DNA from: a virus | Taxonomy: Duplodnaviria; Caudoviricetes | DNA length: 33,189 bases | Virus record (IMG/VR): IMGVR_UViG_3300010293_000023 | Location: 1 to 33,189 of that record | Direction: 5' to 3' (one strand) | Part shown: positions 1 to 9,472 of the stretch, piece after piece | Position numbering within the stretch: position 1 is the stretch's first letter | Layout: each line of letters opens with the position of its first letter | The notes under the pieces: model-generated | The model's input: the letters and a program-made list of their open reading frames with translations, nothing else | What the model was told of the DNA's origin: nothing | The model's database searches: none | Made by a program: the position numbers and the translations under genes

Positions 1-473
1 CGGTTTTGAACACCTGCTAATTGCTGAAGACCACTGGCACCTAAACCTCTGGAGGCTAAGTTGCGGTACGCGTCACGGTTTCTTCCAAAAGAATCTTCCA
101 TGATAGTTCCACGCGCTGCACCAAACTGTTGTTTGCCTTCCTTAAGTTGGCGGTCTAACTGACCTATCAAGTTACTATAACTGGAGTCCAGACCTTGCTG
201 ACTTGTTTGGTACATCTGATTATAACTGTCGCGTAACGCATTAAAACCAGACGTATCTAAACCGCCTAACATGTTCTGCGCTTGACCATAGTAATTAGAT
301 GCACTGCCTCCGCCACCAGGCATAGGCATATTAGCATATTGATTTAATGTGTTTTCGAGCCAAATCTGATATTCACTCTTTTGAGGAGCGCTCGTTGTTG
401 GGTTTGAATATGATGTAGAAGCATAGTCATCTACTGCTGTTGGGTAAGGCTTTGCTCTATCTCTTGTTGCCAT
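1..473 (-). CDS. Probable internal virion/ejection protein (3' end truncated by window edge; not in ORF track)
   Basis: ATG at 473 with GAGGTG RBS; open frame MATRDRAKPYPTAVDDYAST...LASRGLGASGLQQLAGVQN runs to the edge. Q/S/G/Y-rich and downstream of tail genes, where podoviral ejection proteins usually lie. Confidence 0.6.
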   Translation of the reverse strand, partial: MATRDRAKPYPTAVDDYASTSYSNPTTSAPQKSEYQIWLENTLNQYANMPMPGGGGSASNYYGQAQNMLGGLDTSGFNALRDSYNQMYQTSQQGLDSSYSNLIGQLDRQLKEGKQQFGAARGTIMEDSFGRNRDAYRNLASRGLGASGLQQLAGVQN

Positions 474-499
474 AAAATCACCTCTTTCATACTAAAGAT

Positions 500-510
500 A
501 TTATAGCATA
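500..510 (-). promoter_or_regulatory. Extended -10 promoter TATGCTATAAT
   Basis: TGnTATAAT about 27 nt upstream of ATG 473, directly after a terminator. Confidence 0.7.
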
Positions 511-524
511 CATACGTGCATAAT

Positions 525-550
525 AAAAGCCCCTATTCAATTCGGGGCTT
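525..550 (-). terminator. Intrinsic terminator
   Basis: Minus strand reads AAGCCCC-GAATTGAATA-GGGGCTT followed by TTATT; overlaps the stop of the 533 ORF. Confidence 0.65.
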
Positions 551-811
551 ATCCCTGTGATAATATTTACAAAAGTTTTCCGTATCATTTAACCTATCAG
601 CGTGTTCTTTAAGTAATCCTCTGAATTCAGCGTGGTCTTTTTGATTTCTTTCTTCATCCCGTGCGTGAGTCTTTACCAACTCTTCCAAAATAATCGTCTG
701 CCTTACCATCAAAGTATTTACCTTCACAGTAAATGTAACGAGGATGACTATAAGACCTACTGCACCCGATAGTGTCGCATAGAACATTCCAGTAAACGTA
801 TTTACATCCAT
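533..811 (-). CDS. Small membrane protein (one N-terminal TM plus coiled coil; holin/hemolysin-like topology)
   Basis: Start at MDVNTF (811) has a GAGGGTG RBS; hydrophobic segment FYATLSGAVGLIVILVTFTV is followed by a charged helical tail. Confidence 0.6.
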   Translation of the reverse strand: MDVNTFTGMFYATLSGAVGLIVILVTFTVKVNTLMVRQTIILEELVKTHARDEERNQKDHAEFRGLLKEHADRLNDTENFCKYYHRDKPRIE

Positions 812-846
812 AAAATCACCCTCTCTATATTCCGTACCACGCAAAT

Positions 847-857
847 ATTATATCATA
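847..857 (-). promoter_or_regulatory. Extended -10 promoter TATGATATAAT
   Basis: TGnTATAAT immediately after the tail fibre stop and upstream of ATG 811. Confidence 0.55.
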
Positions 858-860
858 AAA

Positions 861-2384
861 CTACACTGCTTTCAAGAATCCATTTGCATCTCTTGTTATC
901 TGATAAGTTGTTCCACTAAATACAAGGTTTAATGCGTTAGTATAAATATTCAACCACTTAAAACTGGAAGTACCCAGCGTATAAGTGTCCGCAGTACGTG
1001 GTAAAACAGAATAAGAGTTAACTTGTTGGCTTGTAATAGAACTTGAAACTGTTAGTGAGCCTGTAAGTTCCAACACGCCGCTGGTTGAAGAATCAATAGT
1101 TGTTCCGTTCAAAGTGAGAGTGCCATTAGTCGAACTTGCAGATAAACTGGTTGTACCTCTTGTTATTGCAGTGGAACTTAGTGTCCAACCTGCAATTGTC
1201 CCCCCAGTTAATGTGGCATTGGTTGCTGTTAATGCACCCGCACGTGTAACTCTAAATGGAGCCGAGCCTGGAGTTAAATGACCAGCAAAGAACGCAACCG
1301 TTTCCCCAGACTGTACACCAACGGCTGTTGCATTAGTTGTACCCGCGGTTAATTTTGTTGTACCAATAGTAAAACCCCCAATTAAACCTGAATCCGCAGT
1401 TATCTTTCCTGTAATATCTAAGTTACCGTCAACATCTGCTGTGAATACTACGGTTCCTAAATTGTTTGTGATAGAAAAGGTAGTATCATCAAAAGTATAA
1501 CGTGCTCCTTTGAGAAACTTATTGATTTGAGTAATGCTTACTTTATGGTTAGGCATTTCTGTAATTGGGAAAGAAGTCAAAGGGGTTTTCTGAATACGAA
1601 TTTTGAATTTAGCCGCCGTCGCAGGAGTGGTTACTTTACGATAGCCTGCTGTAAATTGATGATACGATATGAACGCATCTGCGGATGTATAATATAACAC
1701 ATAGACGTTAGCGGGGTCAATCAACCCACCAGAACACTCTAATAACATATCGGTACTCGCGGGTATGCTTGTAAAGTTTTTTGTTCTTAGTACATTGGAA
1801 GAACTGGAGGTAGCCCCCGTACTTAGACTTAATGTACCTTGTTCAAAGTCATCTTGAGTATAAGGTACGTAATTTCCTGTGGATTCCCTGACCGTGCCAA
1901 TCGCTAACGTAATAGCCGCACTGGTTTGTGAAATCTGAGAGTAACCTGTCAATGTGGTGTCCACTTCCCCTTTAGAATAAGCGTAAGAAGAAACTACGCT
2001 GGATGAAACTGAGGACGCTGTTGACTCAATTTGGCTCTGAGTAAAACTTGCAAGAACCCAAGTATTTGAAGTTGAACGTTTTATAATGTTTGGGGTAGTA
2101 CTTGTGTCCATCCACAACCTACCTTCCAAGTGTTCAGGTGCCGTAGCCTGTTTATAAACCACTGGTTCCCTGCCGGCAATCGCAGGTTGAACGGTATTAG
2201 TATCATACTGAGTAATTGAAGTTGTGATATTTGTGTTTGTTTGCACAATTGAACTCTCTAAATTAACTAACTCACCGTTTACGCGTACTTGATTTTTAAG
2301 AATTCTGCGGTTGCTATTAGCACCACGCGGTGGGTTAAAAACTTCATCTTGGTTAGCAATAGGACTTAATTTAATTCTGGACAT
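861..2384 (-). CDS. Tail fibre/spike protein
   Basis: 507 aa, T/S/G-rich beta repeats (GLIGGFTIG, GTIAGWTLS, SAPFRVTRAG); LWMDTSTTPNIIKR and YTLGTSSFKWLNIY segments resemble phage tail proteins; follows the tail tubular gene. Confidence 0.75.
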   Translation of the reverse strand: MSRIKLSPIANQDEVFNPPRGANSNRRILKNQVRVNGELVNLESSIVQTNTNITTSITQYDTNTVQPAIAGREPVVYKQATAPEHLEGRLWMDTSTTPNIIKRSTSNTWVLASFTQSQIESTASSVSSSVVSSYAYSKGEVDTTLTGYSQISQTSAAITLAIGTVRESTGNYVPYTQDDFEQGTLSLSTGATSSSSNVLRTKNFTSIPASTDMLLECSGGLIDPANVYVLYYTSADAFISYHQFTAGYRKVTTPATAAKFKIRIQKTPLTSFPITEMPNHKVSITQINKFLKGARYTFDDTTFSITNNLGTVVFTADVDGNLDITGKITADSGLIGGFTIGTTKLTAGTTNATAVGVQSGETVAFFAGHLTPGSAPFRVTRAGALTATNATLTGGTIAGWTLSSTAITRGTTSLSASSTNGTLTLNGTTIDSSTSGVLELTGSLTVSSSITSQQVNSYSVLPRTADTYTLGTSSFKWLNIYTNALNLVFSGTTYQITRDANGFLKAV

Positions 2385-2385
2385 A

Positions 2386-4551
2386 TTACTCCCTCACTTT
2401 CCCAAGTTTGAATATCATACCGATTGAACTCAGACTCAGCATATCACTTGGTTTGGCAATCACTCTAATGGATATATTTTTACCACGCGCAGAGGTTCTG
2501 AATTTCTTAGTATGAAACTTTTTCAAACCATCACCAAACAGGTTAAGTTTTGGTAATGAAGACCCGACAACAGGACTCATGTCTGAATAAATAATATTAC
2601 CTGATTCATCAATCCCTGTTGGAACCATAAGACTGGAAGAGGCTAATTGTCCATCCGCAGCCACCTGCAATACGATAGGAAATTGCACTTCACCACCGCC
2701 ACATTTTAATAAGACGTGTTTAATTTTCTTTTCATGTGTTGGGTACCCGAAGTTCATACCAATTGTTTCAACATATAATTCATACTCTTCTCCAAAGTCT
2801 GTAAAGGCATCTCCATAACGGTACAACCCATCAGAACGGAATGAATACATATCGCCTGTTTCCACAAAGATGAAATCTGGGTAAGTAGTTGGCGCATAAA
2901 CATCTGTAACAAATGCGCCTTGTTTGTAATAAAACCTTATTTGGTCTGGAGTCTGATAATCACGGTAATTACATGTCACTGTCTTGTACGTTCCACGTTG
3001 ATTAGCAAACAACAGATATTGGTCTTTATATACAATCGCGTACATGTCTTCTGAAGGGACAATGAGCGGACGTATTGATTCGTCGAACTCACGTATATTT
3101 TCAAAATTGGCTTTGAATGTGTCTGTTTTTAACGAACGCAACCCCAGAGTACTGACAAAATACATCTCATTATTGAGAACATTAACCGTGTTAGGTGAGA
3201 TTGTCCCAATATTATTATTAACCAATTCCAATCTGAAGTTACTTGATTCAAAGTCGCCAGTCAGTTTATAAATCTTACGTTTCGTAAACAACAGGTAACT
3301 GTCCCTAAAGAAAGCAATACGTACGATTTCATCTGTCTTATCCAAGGGAACAATAACGTAATTAAAGTTAGGAATGTAATCATAAACATCCACTTCACTA
3401 AACCAAATTACATTACCTTTGTAGTACAACATACGGTCATAAACTTCCATAATTTTGAATTGACCTACATTCAATTTAGAAACAACTTCCGCGCTGGCAG
3501 GCACTTGACCTGTTGGGAAGTAATCATAATAAGAATCTAATACAACAGTTACACTATCGAAATCAATTTGGATTTCAATTTCATCCGTTGGTTGGGTTTT
3601 AAGTGTTACGTCATAAACGGCTAAAGAGCCATTTACAGAATATGTTGTATTCTTTACATAAGAAATTTCAATTTCTGCATCATATTCTCTAAAGACTAAT
3701 ACGAAATCATAGGTGTCCCCCGTGTACAAGATGTTTACTTGGAAGGTTTCGCCAGGAGGTATTACCTGAATGGGTTTCCTATCAGATGTCGTTAAGTACA
3801 ACCCTTGAATACTCTCTGTTGTTAACTCACTTTCATAAAGCCAAGAAAGAGGGTCATCCCCTAATACATTAAACCCAATACGTCTAACTTCTACTGCATT
3901 AGGTAGGTAGGCTTCATTGGCTTTATCAGTAAAAGCGCCTACATAAATCCATGGGTCTGTTTCCTCCTCAGAATCGTAAATCAACAAGCCCTTATCGTTG
4001 TTGGTAAAATAAAGACGACCATACTTATCGACACACCCCCAGTTGAATAACTTTCGATTATAGTCGAAATTCGCAGCAGAAATCGTTCCTTTTCGGATTG
4101 TAGTCGAAGGAACCGCTTGAACAACTATCGTAACGTCCTCCCAGTATAAATCTTGTGTTGCTTTTACGACAAGTAATCGGAAGTATCTGAGGGTTGTCCC
4201 ATCATATAAAAATAAATAATCTGCCAAGGATGGAGATTCAGCCAATCTACGCCAAACCGAATTATCGTTTTGAAGTAGCGTGAAGAAGACCTCCTTCTGG
4301 GTTGATAAGTTGACCTCCGTGTTGACATAGTTTCCTCCTGGGTAAAGCAATTCTGTTAGAGCAGTGTTTACCCCAAATCCTTTACGTGCGGTTAGTTCCC
4401 CTACACTTTCAATATCAAAATTGGTGGCTTGCCTCAAAACGTTGGGTTGCAAAAGGTCGTCTGAATATGTGATATTCATACCGTAACGAAACCCTGTCGT
4501 AAGGTCTATTTGTTTTTGTTCAGGGTTACCACGAATGGGTTGAATCGCCAT
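2386..4551 (-). CDS. Tail tubular B / nozzle (stabilization) protein
   Basis: 721 aa, beta-rich; N-terminal FRYGMN...NFDIESVGELTARKG pattern and position after the adaptor match podoviral P22 gp10 / T7 gp12-like proteins. Confidence 0.7.
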   Translation of the reverse strand: MAIQPIRGNPEQKQIDLTTGFRYGMNITYSDDLLQPNVLRQATNFDIESVGELTARKGFGVNTALTELLYPGGNYVNTEVNLSTQKEVFFTLLQNDNSVWRRLAESPSLADYLFLYDGTTLRYFRLLVVKATQDLYWEDVTIVVQAVPSTTIRKGTISAANFDYNRKLFNWGCVDKYGRLYFTNNDKGLLIYDSEEETDPWIYVGAFTDKANEAYLPNAVEVRRIGFNVLGDDPLSWLYESELTTESIQGLYLTTSDRKPIQVIPPGETFQVNILYTGDTYDFVLVFREYDAEIEISYVKNTTYSVNGSLAVYDVTLKTQPTDEIEIQIDFDSVTVVLDSYYDYFPTGQVPASAEVVSKLNVGQFKIMEVYDRMLYYKGNVIWFSEVDVYDYIPNFNYVIVPLDKTDEIVRIAFFRDSYLLFTKRKIYKLTGDFESSNFRLELVNNNIGTISPNTVNVLNNEMYFVSTLGLRSLKTDTFKANFENIREFDESIRPLIVPSEDMYAIVYKDQYLLFANQRGTYKTVTCNYRDYQTPDQIRFYYKQGAFVTDVYAPTTYPDFIFVETGDMYSFRSDGLYRYGDAFTDFGEEYELYVETIGMNFGYPTHEKKIKHVLLKCGGGEVQFPIVLQVAADGQLASSSLMVPTGIDESGNIIYSDMSPVVGSSLPKLNLFGDGLKKFHTKKFRTSARGKNISIRVIAKPSDMLSLSSIGMIFKLGKVRE

Positions 4552-4967
4552 TATAATCCCCCACTTCCTCTACGGTTGAACCAAGCAGTGGGAATAGCAT
4601 CTGATGTGTCCATTTGATATACACCAGGCATGTCCCCTGTCAATAGTGTTTCATCTAAGGTTTCTAAATACTCACCAGAGAATTCCGCCATGGCTTCTAA
4701 AAACTCAATCTTCCAACGTTCGGCTTCATTCAGTGAAGAGTCGTTCATCTTAACAGAATAATTCAACCAAGGTACAAGCAGCCTACGCAGCCACCCTTCA
4801 TCTAAGTCGGTATAATCCGTCGTTGCATCCACAAAATAGGAAAGACTTACCCGCAACTTTGTGTTTATTTTAGCAATTACTTCGTTTGCGTACAAAATTG
4901 CACTTGTTGTGCTTAGCACTTCATCAGTGTACGAATCTGATACGGCTATTAAATCGCTGAGTTTCAT
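4551..4967 (-). CDS. Head-tail adaptor (tail tubular A-like)
   Basis: 138 aa helical protein (LYANEVIAKINTKL) between the capsid operon and nozzle; GAGGTG RBS. Confidence 0.6.
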   Translation of the reverse strand: MKLSDLIAVSDSYTDEVLSTTSAILYANEVIAKINTKLRVSLSYFVDATTDYTDLDEGWLRRLLVPWLNYSVKMNDSSLNEAERWKIEFLEAMAEFSGEYLETLDETLLTGDMPGVYQMDTSDAIPTAWFNRRGSGGL

Positions 4968-4984
4968 AGCATCACCTCACATGT

Positions 4985-4995
4985 ATTATAGCATA
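4985..4995 (-). promoter_or_regulatory. Extended -10 promoter TATGCTATAAT
   Basis: Same 11-mer as 500-510; lies between the capsid-operon terminator and the adaptor start. Confidence 0.7.
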
Positions 4996-5005
4996 TTTAA
5001 CAAAT

Positions 5006-5029
5006 AAAAAGAACCCTTTCGGGTTCTTT
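5006..5029 (-). terminator. Intrinsic terminator of the capsid operon (possibly bidirectional)
   Basis: AAAGAACCC-GAAA-GGGTTCTTTTT: perfect stem, GNRA loop and U tract right after the 5032 stop. Confidence 0.9.
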
Positions 5030-5031
5030 CT

Positions 5032-5376
5032 TTATTCACTTAATCTGTCACTACGACTGACAGGAATATTCGACTCGGTAACACGCACAATTTTCTTAAG
5101 AAGCCATTTTGCAACAGACTCTGGGAAAACCTGTTCTGTACCGTCAAATCGAATCGTTACTGGCACGGTATCAAACAAAGCCGTGTACACAGAACCGAAG
5201 TAATTAGCATACGCTTTCGACCCAACGATTTTCATAGTAGGTTCATTTTTGAACTTACGCAGAACATTCTTTGTGTACGAACTCATATATGTCATATCGG
5301 ATTCGCGTTTTGCAGCCAATACGTTGGATACATCATCCCCGTCGGCTAATACGGCTTTTTTAACTTTTGTTGCCAT
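5032..5376 (-). CDS. Hypothetical protein downstream of the major capsid gene
   Basis: 114 aa, AGGAGG RBS, last gene before the terminator. Confidence 0.75.
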   Translation of the reverse strand: MATKVKKAVLADGDDVSNVLAAKRESDMTYMSSYTKNVLRKFKNEPTMKIVGSKAYANYFGSVYTALFDTVPVTIRFDGTEQVFPESVAKWLLKKIVRVTESNIPVSRSDRLSE

Positions 5377-5401
5377 CAGTTATCCTCCTTGTTAGTTATC
5401 A

Positions 5402-6421
5402 TTAAACTTGGGAAGCAGCACGAGAGAAGTCGTCAGCATCAATGTCTGCCAAAGCGACATCATAAGCCGAAGCACTATAAATTTTCGTGATTGCGATTGG
5501 GTCGATAATCTTTGCGCCAGTCCAGAAACGATAGCCCATGTGAGCGTTCTGACCTAACGGGTCACCGCTGTCAGCAGTGAAGCCTTTCGAGAACCACTTA
5601 ATGGATTTTAATTTCAAGACAATGTACGGGTCTTCCCCCAACATGTAAGAAGTATAAACATTTACACCACCTAGGTTTGCTTCAACTTCAGCAATCATAG
5701 TTTCTTGGAAGTACACGCCATAAGCCATATACATATCAAGTGTACCAATTTTGATTACTTGGTTTTCGTTGCCAGGCACCAACAGTTTCTTTTCCAAAGT
5801 ATCGTCGTCGAGTAAATCTTGCATGACGTTCGGATGAACAATCAATACAGGTTTGCCACCGTATTTAGCATGACCTTTCCGACGGTAGTTTTTCATAGTC
5901 AACCAGACCAAACGAGCATCTTTGATGGTCAGTACATCTACCGCAGTGATGTCATCAATATCGGTATTTACTGCACCAGCAGCATCACAGAAATACTCAG
6001 AAGCATCCGTAAAGGAAGCCAGAATATTACGTTCTTTAACTTCAGCAGCATGACGAGCCAGTTCAGGTTGGTACTCACGGAAGACATCAGCCATGTGAAT
6101 ATCATCTACCCAGTTCGTAATGCTAATCATTGCACCGAATTCGTTAACGGTGCCTTGGACTTTTTGCGATTCGACTTTTAATGCCGTAGGTGCAACGCCT
6201 TCTACCAACTGGTGGTTGCCAACTGGTAAGTGGTTGTTTCTACGCATGGAGAAGGTTGTCGTACCTTCATTTGCTGGAATATCTTTTTCGATACCCAGGT
6301 TTGAGAATACAAAGTTGGATTGTTCCAGAACAATCATGCGAAGCAATCTGGCTTCCCAATACTCCCGTCTGGAAATTTCGTTCGTTTGAACTACTGCTAA
6401 TTTATTTACTCCAACTGCCAT
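5402..6421 (-). CDS. Major capsid protein, N4-gp56 family (HK97 fold)
   Basis: 339 aa; motifs LVEGVAP, VNEFGAMISITN, VLIVHPNVMQDL and DSGDPLGQ..MGYR typical of N4-gp56-family capsids; follows the scaffold. Confidence 0.9.
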   Translation of the reverse strand: MAVGVNKLAVVQTNEISRREYWEARLLRMIVLEQSNFVFSNLGIEKDIPANEGTTTFSMRRNNHLPVGNHQLVEGVAPTALKVESQKVQGTVNEFGAMISITNWVDDIHMADVFREYQPELARHAAEVKERNILASFTDASEYFCDAAGAVNTDIDDITAVDVLTIKDARLVWLTMKNYRRKGHAKYGGKPVLIVHPNVMQDLLDDDTLEKKLLVPGNENQVIKIGTLDMYMAYGVYFQETMIAEVEANLGGVNVYTSYMLGEDPYIVLKLKSIKWFSKGFTADSGDPLGQNAHMGYRFWTGAKIIDPIAITKIYSASAYDVALADIDADDFSRAASQV

Positions 6422-6436
6422 AGTAAATCACGCTCC

Positions 6437-7261
6437 TTATTTAGAGTACTTTAGCCCTCTGGCTTTGGCGTACTCCACCATTTCTTGTTCAATCATTTCT
6501 TCCATGGTTTTGACACCGCCACTTGAAGACTTGATTTTTCTTGTATCCAGACCATCTCTAATTCGAGATTGTTTGACCTGTGCTTTAGAAAGTTTATCAT
6601 ACAACGCGCCTCGAATCAGAAATTCTGGGTTTGGTACGGAGAGCAAAGCGTCAATTGTATAACCAGACTTTTCGAGAGTATCGAACAATTCTTTACTCAT
6701 TGCTTTTTGGTCAACATCATATTCTTTTAGAACTTTATTGATGGTCTTCAAGAACGCTTGGGATTTAGCAATTCGTTGCTCCTCCTCTCGTTCCTGTTGG
6801 AATGATTGCAGTTTGGCTTTTGCTTCAGACAATTCTTTGTACACCTCTGGGGTTACGCCGTGCTGAGAAGCCTCTTGTTCAATCAATCTTGCTTCCAAGT
6901 CTTTCCTATACTTAGCGACATCATCTCCATAGCCTGAAGCCTTAGCCAGTTTACGCATGAACGCCTGCTCTTCCGCGGCTTTCTGTTCAGCGAGTTTTGC
7001 TTGCTGTCTAAGTTGTGCGAAAGTAAACTCCTCTTTTTCGGCTTTACTTGGCTTCTTAGCAGTGGGCTTCTCTTCTTCCTCTTCTTCGTCGTCTTCGGTT
7101 TCTTCCTCTTCGTCGTCACCGAATCCTTCAAATTCTTCTTCCTCTTCGTCGTCGAATTCTTCTTCTTCGTCGTCTTCAACTTCCATTTCGTTCACTTTCG
7201 CGAACTCTGCTTCTAAAGCCGCATCAATTTCTGCGACTGAAGCGTACGTCTTTTCTCCCAT
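6437..7261 (-). CDS. Capsid scaffolding protein
   Basis: 274 aa, highly acidic N-terminus (DDEEEE repeats), FAQLR motif and coiled coil; between portal and capsid. Confidence 0.8.
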   Translation of the reverse strand: MGEKTYASVAEIDAALEAEFAKVNEMEVEDDEEEEFDDEEEEEFEGFGDDEEEETEDDEEEEEEKPTAKKPSKAEKEEFTFAQLRQQAKLAEQKAAEEQAFMRKLAKASGYGDDVAKYRKDLEARLIEQEASQHGVTPEVYKELSEAKAKLQSFQQEREEEQRIAKSQAFLKTINKVLKEYDVDQKAMSKELFDTLEKSGYTIDALLSVPNPEFLIRGALYDKLSKAQVKQSRIRDGLDTRKIKSSSGGVKTMEEMIEQEMVEYAKARGLKYSK

Positions 7262-7344
7262 TTTACCTCCTACGCGTAATTATTTTGTGTCGCTACGGTG
7301 CGACGATAGTTTGGGATTGTAAGGTGCTACCTTACATCATCTTT

Positions 7345-7373
7345 ATTATACACTACACTCACTTGTTTGACAA
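7345..7373 (-). promoter_or_regulatory. Sigma-A/70 promoter of the scaffold-capsid operon
   Basis: TTGTCA-17 bp-TATAAT, followed by the hairpin TGTAAGGT-AGC-ACCTTACA (7318-7336). Confidence 0.75.
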
Positions 7374-7381
7374 GTGCAATT

Positions 7382-9292
7382 TTACACAAGCCCTAAATCC
7401 TGTGGTGTAGGTGTATTTCCTTGCTGTGCCATTTGTTGTTTGGCGGCATCTACCATAGCAGGGTCTAAACCTTGCGCAATCAAATCCTGTTCAGAATCGG
7501 CTTTAGCCTTGTCCATTTCTTCCGACATACCTTCAATCATAGCCATCAATTCATCCAGTGCAGGGGTTTCCTTAGCACCTTCAACAATTTCCATAATGGC
7601 TGCTTGAACCATTTCTGGCGGAGCACCATATTGATGCGCGGCTTCGGTAAGATTGATAATCGTCTGTGCTTTCATCTCAGCCGTTTGCTGGCTCAACGTA
7701 CGGTAACGTTCTTCCAACTCGGCTTGGTTAGACAAGTCATATTTGTCCAGAATGTCCAACTCATTAATAAGTTTGACAGGAGCATCATACTGTCTTTCCA
7801 TTTGGTACAGTTCCAACAACATTTGTTTTTCGCGGTCTTTGGCGTATGGTGTCTTCTTATTCAAATCAATAAAGAATGAAAAGTCCACTTTACCTGCGTT
7901 TTCAGGCATCATCCGAGTTTGAAACTCTGGGTCGCCTGTGGTCTTGTTTTCGCTGCGACTGGTAACCAGTTCCCCAGCGTACGCCGTAGTTAAATAATCC
8001 ACAAATATTTGAGTTAAAGTTTCAACAAAGCGCGTAACATTGGTTAAAACCAATGTTTCGATAATTTTCGCCCGTTCAATAGCGAGTTGTGAACCTTGTG
8101 CAGTGTTACCTGCGGTACCGATTTGACCAACGAATGAGTTCGTAATCCCTGCAATTTTGTCGATTGCTCCTTCAAACTCTTGTTTCAACGCGACGATTTT
8201 ATCGTCAATTTTAATAGGCATAACTGGAGCCATGGCTTCACTGATTGCAATATCAGATACATAAACAACTCCAGGAGCACCAATTGTTTTTGCTACAACT
8301 TTAGGGTTGATTCCACTGCCTTTACGCAATACAATCGCAGGACTTGAATAAGCCACAGCGGTATTGGTAATTGCACTTTCAATTGCACAAATGGCTTTTT
8401 GAAGATTTAATAAGTCATCCATTAAGGATAACCCATAGCAACTTTGTGCTGCTCTCTTCCAGGGTAACTGTGCAATTGGGAATAGTTTTAATCCCTTCAA
8501 AACTTTTTCAGAAATCAACATATCTTCCACGATTTCATACTTCTTGATTTTACCTTTGTCTTTCTCATAAATGGTATAAACGGTTAAAATTCCATCTTGA
8601 GCAGTATTATAGTCATTATCAAGAAAGGCTTCACCTCGTAAGTTAGGCATGACTCCCGTGCTTTTTGGTAACAACTTAATAAACTCAGGGTATGTTTCCT
8701 CTGCTTCTTCATACGTCATCCTTTCTCCCACTATGATATAGCGGGCATCCTCGAAGCGACGAGCGCGAGGGTCAATTAAAACAGATGGTGTATCAAGTAG
8801 ATAGGCTTCAATTTCCCCTTCTCGTCCTGCAATCTTCTTATCAGTATTAAAAACAACATGGACGTAGGCTTCCCGTACCACCGCAGCCATACCTAAAGCC
8901 TCATCAATAATTGGATTGATTTCGGCTCTTGCCCATTCATCCTTCACAATTGCCTCTAATATTTTCAGTGTTTCAATATCTTCTTCCCTAAAAGGCTGCA
9001 ATTCCCCTACATAATCATTTGCGGCTAAAGAAGCAACACGCGTATCAATAGCCATGGATGCGTACGGCGTACTCATCTGCAAAACCCACGGTCTTTCTTC
9101 CGCGTATTGTGCCAACAAATAAGGGTTGTTCTGATAGAACGCCATGTTTTCAATTAACTGGGTTTCGCGATTCGCGACAAAAGACTTAGCATTACTTATC
9201 TTAGTAATCCAAGGTTTTGCTTTTTCTTGCGCTTCTTTTTTACGCACGTGGTCGTCTATCGTGTACTCTTCAACTTCTTTAATTTCATCCAT
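7382..9292 (-). CDS. Portal protein (P22/podoviral type)
   Basis: 636 aa after TerL; IDPRARRFEDARY, YGLSLMDDL, IDKIAGIT and a Q/M-rich C-terminal tail. Confidence 0.88.
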   Translation of the reverse strand: MDEIKEVEEYTIDDHVRKKEAQEKAKPWITKISNAKSFVANRETQLIENMAFYQNNPYLLAQYAEERPWVLQMSTPYASMAIDTRVASLAANDYVGELQPFREEDIETLKILEAIVKDEWARAEINPIIDEALGMAAVVREAYVHVVFNTDKKIAGREGEIEAYLLDTPSVLIDPRARRFEDARYIIVGERMTYEEAEETYPEFIKLLPKSTGVMPNLRGEAFLDNDYNTAQDGILTVYTIYEKDKGKIKKYEIVEDMLISEKVLKGLKLFPIAQLPWKRAAQSCYGLSLMDDLLNLQKAICAIESAITNTAVAYSSPAIVLRKGSGINPKVVAKTIGAPGVVYVSDIAISEAMAPVMPIKIDDKIVALKQEFEGAIDKIAGITNSFVGQIGTAGNTAQGSQLAIERAKIIETLVLTNVTRFVETLTQIFVDYLTTAYAGELVTSRSENKTTGDPEFQTRMMPENAGKVDFSFFIDLNKKTPYAKDREKQMLLELYQMERQYDAPVKLINELDILDKYDLSNQAELEERYRTLSQQTAEMKAQTIINLTEAAHQYGAPPEMVQAAIMEIVEGAKETPALDELMAMIEGMSEEMDKAKADSEQDLIAQGLDPAMVDAAKQQMAQQGNTPTPQDLGLV

Positions 9293-9472
9293 TTACTTCA
9301 CCTCCTCTTCATCTTTGAGAATATACTTCTTAGCATACTTTGGAACTCCGTCCAAATAAACCCCTTCGGTACTGGTTGCTTGCTCCAACTTATAAACTCT
9401 GTCTGATAACTCCAAGACCTTATTTGTGAGCGTTGCCAACATTTCAATCACCTTACTCGTCGAGTCTTCCAT
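9293..9472 (-). CDS. 59-aa coiled-coil protein between TerL and portal (not in ORF track)
   Basis: AGGAGG RBS then MEDSTSKVIEMLATLTNKVLELSDRVYKLEQ...EEVK*; stop abuts the portal ATG. Confidence 0.7.
   Translation of the reverse strand: MEDSTSKVIEMLATLTNKVLELSDRVYKLEQATSTEGVYLDGVPKYAKKYILKDEEEVK

Noticed and set aside
7060-7180. TCTTCTTCCTCTTCGTCGTC-type repeats and alternative-frame ORFs (6883-7322)
   Set aside because: Explained by the poly-Asp/Glu tract of the scaffold; the poly-Ser, poly-Lys and poly-Phe ORFs are shadows.
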